A stretch of DNA of 64,000 bases from Histomonas meleagridis 2922-C6/04-290x. Lineage: Eukaryota > Protista > Parabasalia. The translations under genes and the position numbers were made by a program. Shown in pieces: positions 1 to 9,209 of the stretch. The notes under the pieces are model-generated. The model saw only the letters and a list, made by a program, of their open reading frames with translations, did not search any database and was not told the origin of the DNA. Where the stretch lies: NCBI GenBank assembly GCA_020184695.1, contig JAANOX010000242.1, forward strand, positions 62,001 to 126,000. The letters are read 5' to 3'. Each line of letters starts with the position of its first letter. The first letter of the stretch is position 1.

Positions 1-1
1 A

Positions 2-1198
2 GAATTTATTGATCCAAATCCTCCTGATTGGGATGACACGTGTAAGCAAAGAGTTTTTAAGGATATAATTAAAGAAGAAAACAAAGAAAATGAAAATCAA
101 GTTGAACAACCAATTATTGAAACACCTAAAAAACAGATTAAACCAAAACAAAACAATACTACTAGAAGATCATCATTAAAACAAAATGAGTCACGAAAAT
201 TAACTCGAAGACAAAATGAATCAAATTCATCAATCTCAAAACAATTCGAAAGAAGGTCATCATTAAAGTCAAATTTAAGCTCATCATTACCCAAACCAGC
301 CGAAAATCTGAATAACAACAATTCATTAACACAAGCAAATAATAATAATAATTCAATATCAAAACAAAATGAACCTAATGCACAAGTAAGTTCATATGAA
401 ATTGCACCAGAACCTAATTACCGCATAATAAATGCTAAACCGAAAGACATATTTTTATATGTTAATGCAATATCCGATTTGATTCGTTACCAAATTGACA
501 CTCGCGAAATCACATTTTCGCCGACTATGATGTACCAGTCTCGTGTCTATGACGTCAAACTTACGAATACTTCGCAAATCCGACTTGACTACAAATGGAT
601 CTTCGAAAGTTTCACGTCGACAAACAACAACGAAAACCCATTTTCGATAACTCCCAATTGCGGATCCATAAACAGCGGACAAACGCTTACGTTTAAAGTC
701 CGTTTTTCACCGATTGAAGCCGACGACTTCAGTGCTACGTATAAATGCCAAATTCCGTTTCTCTCTGTTATGAAGCCTCCTCTTCTAAATCTTTCGGGGA
801 TATCGAAGCGCCCTTTGTGTCATTTCAATGTGCAAATGAGCGATTACTTAACTGCGAACCGAAGAAGTCCTTTGTACAAAGATAAGTTGCCGGACAATGT
901 TCAAGTCTTCGAAATAATATCAAAAAGAATCAACGAAAAAGTCTTAAAGAACTTCGACATCATTAACCCGACTGCGATTCCTTACGAAGTCGATTGGAAT
1001 CAAGTGACGAAAGATAAAAATTGTCCGATAAAATGTTTGGTGCCCCACGCGCTGATATCGAGCGGAAAGAAATACAATTTCGCGTTTTCGTTTTGCCCAA
1101 ATTCCATGAAAACTGTGGAAACGCTGTGGGTGTTCACAATCAAGGAACACGATATTAGAATAAATTTCTTGATTGTTGGTAGAATATTACCAGAATAA
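2..1198 (+). CDS. 3' part of a large HYDIN-like axonemal protein with ASH/Ig-like domains; 5' end lies outside the window
   Basis: The frame of track ORF 479-1198 is open from position 2 (EFIDPNPPDWDDTCKQRVFK...PEPNY). The PPDWDD and PEP motifs and the Ig-like FSITPNCGSINSGQTLTFKVRFSP segment resemble HYDIN. Stop TAA at 1196-1198. Confidence 0.6.
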   Translation, partial: EFIDPNPPDWDDTCKQRVFKDIIKEENKENENQVEQPIIETPKKQIKPKQNNTTRRSSLKQNESRKLTRRQNESNSSISKQFERRSSLKSNLSSSLPKPAENLNNNNSLTQANNNNNSISKQNEPNAQVSSYEIAPEPNYRIINAKPKDIFLYVNAISDLIRYQIDTREITFSPTMMYQSRVYDVKLTNTSQIRLDYKWIFESFTSTNNNENPFSITPNCGSINSGQTLTFKVRFSPIEADDFSATYKCQIPFLSVMKPPLLNLSGISKRPLCHFNVQMSDYLTANRRSPLYKDKLPDNVQVFEIISKRINEKVLKNFDIINPTAIPYEVDWNQVTKDKNCPIKCLVPHALISSGKKYNFAFSFCPNSMKTVETLWVFTIKEHDIRINFLIVGRILPE

Positions 1199-1223
1199 AT
1201 AAATATATTATGTTTGATATAAA

Positions 1224-1958
1224 TTTGATTTTATATACATTATCTAATTATAAAGAAACAGAGTAAAATTGTATTTGATTTTATATATACATTATCTAAT
1301 TATAAAGAAACAGGGTAAAATTGTATTTGATTTTATATATACATTATCTAATTATAAAGAAACAGAGTAAAATTGTATTTGATTTTATATATACATGTAT
1401 CTAATTATAAAGAAACAGAGTAAAATTGTATTTGATTTTATATATACATTATCTAATTATAAAGAAACAGAGTAAAATTGTATTTGATTTTATATATACA
1501 TTATCTAATTATAAAGAAACAGGGTAAAATTGTATTTGATTTTATATATACATTATCTAATTATAAAGAAACAGAGTAAAATTGTATTTGATTTTATATA
1601 TACATGTATCTAATTATAAAGAAACAGAGTAAAATTGTATTTGATTTTATATATACATGTATCTAATTATAAAGAAACAGGGTAAAATTGTATTTGATTT
1701 TATATATACATTATCTAATTATAAAGAAACAGAGTAAAATTGTATTTGATTTTATATATACATTATCTAATTATAAAGAAACAGAGTAAAATTGTATTTG
1801 ATTTTATATATACATTATCTAATTATAAAGAAACAGGGTAAAATTGTATTTGATTTTATATATACATTATCTAATTATAAAGAAACAGGGTAAAATTGTA
1901 TTTGATTTTATATATACATTATCTAATTATAAAGAAACAGGGTAAAATTGTATTTGAT
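1224..1958. repeat. Tandem array, 14 copies of a 52/53-bp unit (TTTGATTTTATATATACATTATCTAATTATAAAGAAACAG[A/G]GTAAAATTGTA)
   Basis: Counted directly. Variants are an A/G substitution and a 1-nt insertion (CATGTATC) in copies 4, 8 and 9. Confidence 0.95.
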
Positions 1959-2596
1959 ATAACAACTTTTAAAGTGATCAATAAAAAAAGATAACTCATA
2001 AATTTTCAAAAGCAAATTAAATGTATATATTAATTAGGTATACAGTATTACGCTGTATTTATATATGTTTTATTAAAGAAAAAATAATTAATTAAAATTA
2101 CCAAATAAAAAATACTTTGGGTTTCAGTCATATAAATTTTAGATGTAATCACATGAAGTAATCTTTCAAAAATTAATGTTTTCCCTTCAAATCAAATAAC
2201 CATCAAAAACGACATTTTTATTTAAGTTGTAAATCATTATTCAATCCTCTTTGGCTTTGAAAGCATAAAAAGATCGTTACTTTTATTTCAAGAGTTTTTA
2301 TCAGAAATTTAAATGCATTTGAAGATGTTTCTCTTTCAATTTTTAGTAGAAAAGACAAACTCGATTGCAATCATCTCTTTGAATATTCAATGATAATTCA
2401 TTTTATGTTAAATTCAGTTGAAAAATTCATTGCGTCATTTTTAGTCATCATACAAAAATTAAACAAATTTATACCAAAGCTGGGATATTCAATACATTAA
2501 TAAAATAACTTAATTTTGATTATATCGGTCGATATATTTAATAAAAAAATAAAACTATAGAATTCTTAGAAATGTACTGATCCGTCATATTTCCAA

Positions 2597-3517
2597 ATGA
2601 ATTCTGAAATGTTTCCTTTGTTGTCAATTGCTTACTTATGGGTAGACCAATTAAGTGAAAATAAATCACGTGAACAAACAGACATTGCAAAAAATGCAGT
2701 ACGTCAATATATATATCACATGATAAACTACAATGACGCAGCGAAAATATGTCAAGATTCCATTGGTTCAACAGCACCTGTAAATAAGCTTCAAGCAATC
2801 CTTAATATTATCAAAAGTCAAGAATATCCAAAGAAAGAAGAAGAGCAACAAATTACAAATCGAAATACAAGAAATTGGTCGCTACCAGAAGATTTTCGAT
2901 TGCTTGCTGCAATTCATATTTTTGGTTTAGGGAAATGGAAAAGAATTGCAGAGTTTGTAGGGTTCGGAAGAACGCGTTCACAATGTTCTCAAAGATGGAC
3001 AAGAGCATTAAATCCACGTTTAATGAAAACAGTTTGGTCTACAGAAGAAGAGGAAAAATTACTTACTTTAGTAAGAAAATATGGATCACATTCTTGGTCA
3101 ACAATCTCAAAAGAAATGGTTGGAAGAAGTGATGTTCAATGTAGATATAAATATATGCAAATGAAGAAAAAGAAGAAAACATTTGTTTGTTGTAGTCATG
3201 ACGTTAAACAGGAAGAAAAAAATGAAACACCTGAAGCATTCATTCAAGATCCAATTAAGATGCTTAATTCACATCCTTCTTTCCATACGTTTCCGAATCA
3301 ACAAATTCCAGTTCTTCAACAACACTTTCCAGAAAATATCGGCTTGAAGCCACTTTTACCAAGTCTAACAAATACTATATTAAGTAATCCATATTTCTTG
3401 CCAAATGGAGGTATTAATTTACCAATTTTGGTTCCAATAAGACATCCAACTTTTTATAATGCTGGTCCAGATTCAAAAATTCATATTCAACAATTAAATA
3501 ATCAAAGAACAAATTGA
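2597..3517 (+). CDS. R2R3 Myb DNA-binding protein
   Basis: Two Myb repeats: WSLPEDFRLLAAIHIFGLGKWKRIAEFVGFGRTRSQCSQRW and WSTEEEEKLLTLVRKYGSHSWSTISKEMVGRSDVQCRYKY. Inr-like TCATA upstream. Confidence 0.92.
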   Translation: MNSEMFPLLSIAYLWVDQLSENKSREQTDIAKNAVRQYIYHMINYNDAAKICQDSIGSTAPVNKLQAILNIIKSQEYPKKEEEQQITNRNTRNWSLPEDFRLLAAIHIFGLGKWKRIAEFVGFGRTRSQCSQRWTRALNPRLMKTVWSTEEEEKLLTLVRKYGSHSWSTISKEMVGRSDVQCRYKYMQMKKKKKTFVCCSHDVKQEEKNETPEAFIQDPIKMLNSHPSFHTFPNQQIPVLQQHFPENIGLKPLLPSLTNTILSNPYFLPNGGINLPILVPIRHPTFYNAGPDSKIHIQQLNNQRTN

Positions 3518-3739
3518 CTGTGTTCTCGATAAATTCTGATAAATAAAAATATTCAACGAATTCTTTTAAACGATTCAACAAGTGTTTAGGGTGATTTGAA
3601 AATACGCCAAATTAAAAACGATCAGATACACAAAACATCACAGCAACTTTTTGTTTATTAATTGAATGAATTCAAATATTTTCAATAATCCATTGAATTC
3701 TTTGTGAGCGAAATCGATTTAGTTCACTTTGTTTGAAAC

Positions 3740-4300
3740 ATGAAATTTCAAAAGTTGGGTTTGGAACATGAAGTGTATCTGAATCAGGTTTGGTTGAAAA
3801 CACAGTCAAATAAGACCAAGGCAGGCTATCTCCATACCTATTGCGCATTTTCTTATCAAAATGAAGCACCAATCGGTAGTGTATCAAATATGTTATTGAC
3901 ACAGGATTTGCTAACACGTGAAGAACTTTGGGTTACATCTAAGTTATAGTGGATACATCATGATTAAGTGTTCTGCAACGTTGAATCAAGTATCCACGAA
4001 TCACTTCAAGATATTCAACGTGATTACCTTGACTTATTCTTTGCTCATTAGCCACTTGGTTTTGAATATAGCCCACAAGAATTATTATCAAAATGAATCA
4101 AGAAAAATTAAACTCGTCTCATTTCAATGGTTGACACACGGAAGGCAATGGAACAATTAGTTGAAAAAGGATTAACACGCCAGATTGGAATGTGAGAAGT
4201 CTCCATTGAACTTTCAAAAAATTCCGATCCACACCCGTAACCAAGATCCGACCATATGCAGTCCAATGCAAATGCCATCCATGCCTTCAAAAAGATGCAA
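3740..4300 (+). pseudogene. Aldo-keto reductase pseudogene
   Basis: Collinear AKR motifs across frames: AGYLHTYCAFSYQNEAPIG, REELWVTSKL*, DYLDLFFAH*P, KAMEQLVEKGLTRQIG, KIRPYAVQ..CHP. Several stops and frameshifts. Confidence 0.8.
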
Positions 4301-4613
4301 TTAACTCGAATTCGAAGTCGAAGAAAAAATTCCAAAAGAACTTAAACTGCTCTGGAAGAATTTTCGGTTCCAGGGAATGCTCGGAACTGAATTCTATGGT
4401 AACGGATACTAAACAAGTTAAGTAATTATCATGTTTTAATAATAACATTAATTTTCGAATATAACTAAGCTTGTAATTGTACAATAATGTTTAATTATCA
4501 TATGTATAAAACGAATATGAAAAGGATATAAGCCACAAAAGAAGAAAAAATTTTTCACTTTCCTTATGTACGTTTATAATATTTTTGAAATTGTAATTTC
4601 AAATAACTCATAA

Positions 4614-4895
4614 ATGAATTCAGTAAAAGAACAAAACGACCAAGCATTAAACACAACAAGTTACAATAGCTATGTGTCAGATATTGATGAAAGTTTTTCA
4701 TTCTCAGATTCTAATTCTGACAACAAAGTATTACCAAAAGGCACACTCCCATCCCAAACCAGAATAGAGAATATGCTTCAAAAGATGTTATCGCAAATCC
4801 AAATTCTTACTCAAACAGTCGGAATGCTCGATTCAAGACTTGACATTTTGCAAAGCGAAGTTAATCGTCTTTCAAAGCAGAACAACATCGAATAA
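4614..4895 (+). CDS. 93-aa protein with a C-terminal coiled coil resembling the POC1 C-terminal motif
   Basis: ATG-initiated ORF after TCATAA; contains LQKMLSQIQILTQTVGMLDSRL. Confidence 0.55.
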   Translation: MNSVKEQNDQALNTTSYNSYVSDIDESFSFSDSNSDNKVLPKGTLPSQTRIENMLQKMLSQIQILTQTVGMLDSRLDILQSEVNRLSKQNNIE

Positions 4896-5008
4896 ATTTC
4901 ATATCCAAAGACATAACTTGTAATTATAACGCATGAAATAAAAGATCGATAATCGATTATTTCCTTTAAAAAAAAATCTTTTTTAATTCAAACAATTTTT
5001 GTTACTCT

Positions 5009-6565
5009 TTATTGATTATTTATAATTCCTTTTCCTTTCTCAAGTAGAAATATTTTATAATCTGATGGACTGCATCCAGTGTTATCTATCCTCAGTTCCA
5101 ATTTATTTGCCATTATCAATGTCGACAAGAATATTCGCGACACTTCATGTTGTTCCAAGTCCGCCGTCAATTGTTTAAATGTAATTTGTCCGTCATGTGC
5201 CTCGAGCATATCCTTGATCCACTGCGAAACTTCATCCATTCGAAATGGTTTTCGCTTTTTCTCATTCTCTAAAACTGGTGTTAACTTACTTTCCCATTCA
5301 CTAAGTGTCGCAGCAACTTGACTTGTAACTACTTCTTGTTTACCCATTTGGATCATCTTTTGGATTGCGTTAATACATAGCTCTAAGTACGTTTGATTTC
5401 GACCTGGAATTGTTGAAAATGTTTGAGATGAATTTTCGTTAAAATCATCATCATCTGGTGGTGCATCAATTTGGTAATCATCTTCCATGTAAACATCTAT
5501 GTCATTAAGAACTTGATCTCGTCCACTTTCTTCGGGGACATTTAATGTGACTTCATGTTTCTTCTTTTGTATCTCAGTAAGATGACGAAATTGTTTGAGA
5601 TATGTAAAGAGTTCTTCAAATATATCACTATGGAATGGATGTCTTAATGAATTCTTTGATCGAATTTCCACATTTTCAAACGAATTAGGAAGATGGCGAA
5701 CGTTTAGCTTCTTAAACGGTTTCAATAGACTTGGAATTGATGAATCGGGATCAAGACTCTTGATTTGTTCGACTGATGGCGTTTCTTTTGTGTCTTCTTC
5801 ATCATCAGTACTAGGAATAGCTGGTTGAACAAATTCAGCTTCTGACTCTCCTTCTTCTGATTCTTTTTCTTTTTCTTCTTTTTGTTCAATTGGATTTTCT
5901 TGTTGTTCTTCTTCCTCAGGATTTATAATTGGTGGTGGGTTTGGAATTTCTTCATCACTATTAATATCAGAAAAATTCACAGGATCTTCATCACCAAAAT
6001 TGATGGATGGATCAAGTAAAATGACAGAGTACTTTTCATCTGGAATTGTGTTCACTCGAAATGAAGATAATTTATCATCATTCGTATTTGAATCTAAGGA
6101 ATGTAATAAACAAAATGGCATTTTTGGCATTGTTGTGATTTCAAGGCGTGGTCTATCTTCAATAAGTTGGGTTGATTCACATACATCTGGATCATCAATT
6201 GGAATTAATTTATCATCAACAACCCAATCAACAAACTTCCTCTTTCTTTTTTTCTTGTCTTTATCATCTGGATCAGCGTTTTCAGATGCCATTCTTGATA
6301 CTGCTAAATCATATAAATGTTTAACTTTTTTAGCGAAAATATTTGTTGTACCTTGGAGAAAAAGTCCAGCTTGAGAAAAATTGAGAATATCTGGATTGTA
6401 ATCATCTCCAATTTCAATATTTGCAATATTTTCAAGATAAGAATCTAGATAATCAGAAAGTGGAATATCCCAAACGGCAGATAGCTCACGGATTGGTCTA
6501 AGAATTTCTTGGAGCTTTTCTGTATCAAGAACTTGAGAATGATCTTCTTGACTGGAGATAGACAT
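5009..6565 (-). CDS. NCAPH2: Condensin II kleisin subunit H2
   Basis: N-terminal ILRPIRELSAVWDI...LNFSQAGLFLQGTTNIFAKKVKHLYDL and C-terminal WESKLTPVLENE..RKPF..EVSRIFLSTLIMAN match the CNDH2 N and C domains. Confidence 0.85.
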   Translation of the reverse strand: MSISSQEDHSQVLDTEKLQEILRPIRELSAVWDIPLSDYLDSYLENIANIEIGDDYNPDILNFSQAGLFLQGTTNIFAKKVKHLYDLAVSRMASENADPDDKDKKKRKRKFVDWVVDDKLIPIDDPDVCESTQLIEDRPRLEITTMPKMPFCLLHSLDSNTNDDKLSSFRVNTIPDEKYSVILLDPSINFGDEDPVNFSDINSDEEIPNPPPIINPEEEEQQENPIEQKEEKEKESEEGESEAEFVQPAIPSTDDEEDTKETPSVEQIKSLDPDSSIPSLLKPFKKLNVRHLPNSFENVEIRSKNSLRHPFHSDIFEELFTYLKQFRHLTEIQKKKHEVTLNVPEESGRDQVLNDIDVYMEDDYQIDAPPDDDDFNENSSQTFSTIPGRNQTYLELCINAIQKMIQMGKQEVVTSQVAATLSEWESKLTPVLENEKKRKPFRMDEVSQWIKDMLEAHDGQITFKQLTADLEQHEVSRIFLSTLIMANKLELRIDNTGCSPSDYKIFLLEKGKGIINNQ

Positions 6566-6746
6566 GAGAAAACCTGCTTAAAATAATAAACGGCATAGGA
6601 TTTAAAACGTTCAAAAAATCAATATTTTGAATTCGATTTAATCGTTTTCAAAAATGCCATTCAAAAAAAAATTCATTTCACATTTCTTGCATCCAAACAA
6701 ACACATTCAAAATAATAGCCCGTTTACTTCCTTTTCCAAATTAAAA

Positions 6747-8486
6747 ATGGAAAACACAGAACCAAATCCAGTTATTACAGATCCATCTATTGAAAAAAAT
6801 ATTGCTAGATGGAACAAATACGTAGGGAGGATAAAAACAGCATTCGAAAATGCAAATGCAGAAAATCTTAATGATGTAATTATTGACCTTTTTCGTTCAT
6901 ATTTAACTTGGACTTGGGCCGTTTTTTCCAGGGAATGTTTTAACATGAGTGCAGGTTCTAGAGATAATGCTCAATTATGTGCAACTATTCTTGCAATCAT
7001 AAATTCAAAAATTGGTGAAGTTGGACGAAATACTCTTATATATTCACTTTATCGTTTTAACCAAGGTATGAAAAACCACAAAACCAATGAAATACAAAAA
7101 GCTACTATTTTTCTTGGTGAATGTTATCGTCAACAATTAATCACATCAACCCTCATTAACGAGCTTATAATCACTCTTCTTAATGAAGGCCGTCGTTATT
7201 TACTTATTGTTATTAAGCTTCTTTGGAATGTAGCTCCACTTTTATATGATGACGATACATCCAGCCTTTCACTTATTTTTCAAACAGTTCTTAAGTATTC
7301 AGAAGATGACGAATTTGCCAGTCACATTGAGCGTCTAACTAAATGGCGTCAAAACAAATGGTGTTTTTATACAAAAGATGGCACTCGAATTCAATACTTC
7401 CGTATCCCCAAAAAGTACGACATCCTTGAAGGTGACATCATTACCCATGATAGTCTTAGTTTTGAAGATGTTCCAGAAGAAGATATTACCGAAAATTATA
7501 TTCAACCACATAAACTTGAAGTTTTCGACGAAATACGCGCTGAATACAAAGCCTTTCTCCAAGAGATCCTTCCTGATGAGGAAGAAGAAGAATCTGGGGA
7601 AAATGAACAATCAAATATATCTCTTGATTCTGCCTCTTTAAAGAGTACAGAGCAAGCCGTTGAAGCCAATAAACGAATGAAAGAAGAAAAAGAGTATCAG
7701 CGTCAAGTATATTTACATATTGTATCATCAGCGACATCTGCAGAAGCAGCGCATACTATCATTAAACTTCAACAGGAGAATCCAGGGTTTGACAACATCA
7801 TAGTTAACACGTGTATTAACTATGTTGGTATGGAAAAAACGTTTAATCGAAATCTTGGCACGATGATTCATTATCTTTGCAGTGTAAGTGACAACAACGT
7901 TTCCATTGTCGAGAAAGGATTTTACACGAGTTATACACAATGCCATACATATTCCATGCATCGAATTACTAATCTTGCAAACTTATATGCATATCTTTTG
8001 TCGCAAGATGCGATTTCATGGAAAGTATTAAGTATTGTTCGACTTACTGAAGATGAAACTAATTCTGCGCAACGTGTTTTCATTCGATTCCTAATGGAAG
8101 AACTTGCAAAGAACCTTTCATACGCGGGACTTTTAAAGAAACTCAATAATGATAACGTTGCGCAATGGACAAGCGGAATATTCCTTACTGATACACTTGA
8201 GCACGCGGAATTTGTCGTCATGTTCTTCACGCAAATTAAATTGGAGTTTCTGCTCGAGAAAGTGAATAAAGAAGTGATGAGAATGACCGAAGAAGTTAAC
8301 AGGAAACGCGAAGAAGAACTCGCGCTGTTAAGGAAACAAAACGTTGAAACAGTGGACGAAGTTCAAGTTGTTGATGATAATGATAATGACAATAAAATGG
8401 AAAACGTCGATGAGTTCTATGAAGAAATAGAAGTCGACGAGGGAAGAAGAAGACATCGTCATAGACACCATCATAGACATCATTGA
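6747..8486 (+). CDS. CWC22: Pre-mRNA splicing factor CWC22 (MIF4G + MA3); an upstream in-frame ATG at 6654 is also possible
   Basis: HRITNLANLYAYLLSQDAISWKVLSIVRLTEDETNSAQRVFIRFLMEEL matches the CWC22 MA3 region. Confidence 0.85.
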   Translation: MENTEPNPVITDPSIEKNIARWNKYVGRIKTAFENANAENLNDVIIDLFRSYLTWTWAVFSRECFNMSAGSRDNAQLCATILAIINSKIGEVGRNTLIYSLYRFNQGMKNHKTNEIQKATIFLGECYRQQLITSTLINELIITLLNEGRRYLLIVIKLLWNVAPLLYDDDTSSLSLIFQTVLKYSEDDEFASHIERLTKWRQNKWCFYTKDGTRIQYFRIPKKYDILEGDIITHDSLSFEDVPEEDITENYIQPHKLEVFDEIRAEYKAFLQEILPDEEEEESGENEQSNISLDSASLKSTEQAVEANKRMKEEKEYQRQVYLHIVSSATSAEAAHTIIKLQQENPGFDNIIVNTCINYVGMEKTFNRNLGTMIHYLCSVSDNNVSIVEKGFYTSYTQCHTYSMHRITNLANLYAYLLSQDAISWKVLSIVRLTEDETNSAQRVFIRFLMEELAKNLSYAGLLKKLNNDNVAQWTSGIFLTDTLEHAEFVVMFFTQIKLEFLLEKVNKEVMRMTEEVNRKREEELALLRKQNVETVDEVQVVDDNDNDNKMENVDEFYEEIEVDEGRRRHRHRHHHRHH

Positions 8487-8789
8487 GGAGTTATGAATAA
8501 AGATTTAAATATAATTCATGTGATGATATTTGGAATATTTTTTATTATATATATATAAAAATGTTTTGATATAAAATGTATGTTTCGGAGGTATAGGAAA
8601 CATTTTATTGATGCTTTGGGTTTATCTTCAATATCAAATCATTCTTGAAATGTATGTCCAAGTAGAAAAGAATAGTAACAAACAATTGTCGTATTTGGAG
8701 ATATTGAGCCAAGTTGATTTTTACCTTTGAGATTTAAATAACTTAACTAACTTCATGATAAATAATTTTATTATTACAAAAATAATCGC

Positions 8790-9122
8790 TTATGCTACTA
8801 AACTCATGAGTATTGGGTTATCTGACTTTGCGTTTTCATCTCTTTCTTTCTCAACTTCCTTTAGTCTTCGACAATACATTATAACAAACCCGCCAAAAAC
8901 AAACAAAGAGAGAAAAAGTGTACCAAGAATTACTATGGTAGGTATTAAATTGGCCTTGGTTGCCATTATTCCAGATGTTTTTGTGGAATTTGAAGAAATT
9001 TTATCTTGAGATTTTTTATACATTAGGATGTTTTTGTCTTTTTCAGTTAGATGTGTTCTCTGTAATTTTGTTGATATTGCATTTGATTTTGTTTTGAAGA
9101 AAAATAAAATCAAAATCATCAT
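8790..9122 (-). CDS. Small putative single-pass membrane protein
   Basis: 110-aa ORF with a hydrophobic N-terminus, a TM-like LIPTIVILGTLFLSLFVFGGFVIMYC segment and a basic tail. Confidence 0.4.
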   Translation of the reverse strand: MMILILFFFKTKSNAISTKLQRTHLTEKDKNILMYKKSQDKISSNSTKTSGIMATKANLIPTIVILGTLFLSLFVFGGFVIMYCRRLKEVEKERDENAKSDNPILMSLVA

Positions 9123-9209
9123 TTGACATATGTAAACTGCTCAAAACCTTTCAAAAAGTATTTTTCAGGGAAATATGAATCGTTCATTTCGAATCAAAAT
9201 CGTTTCATT

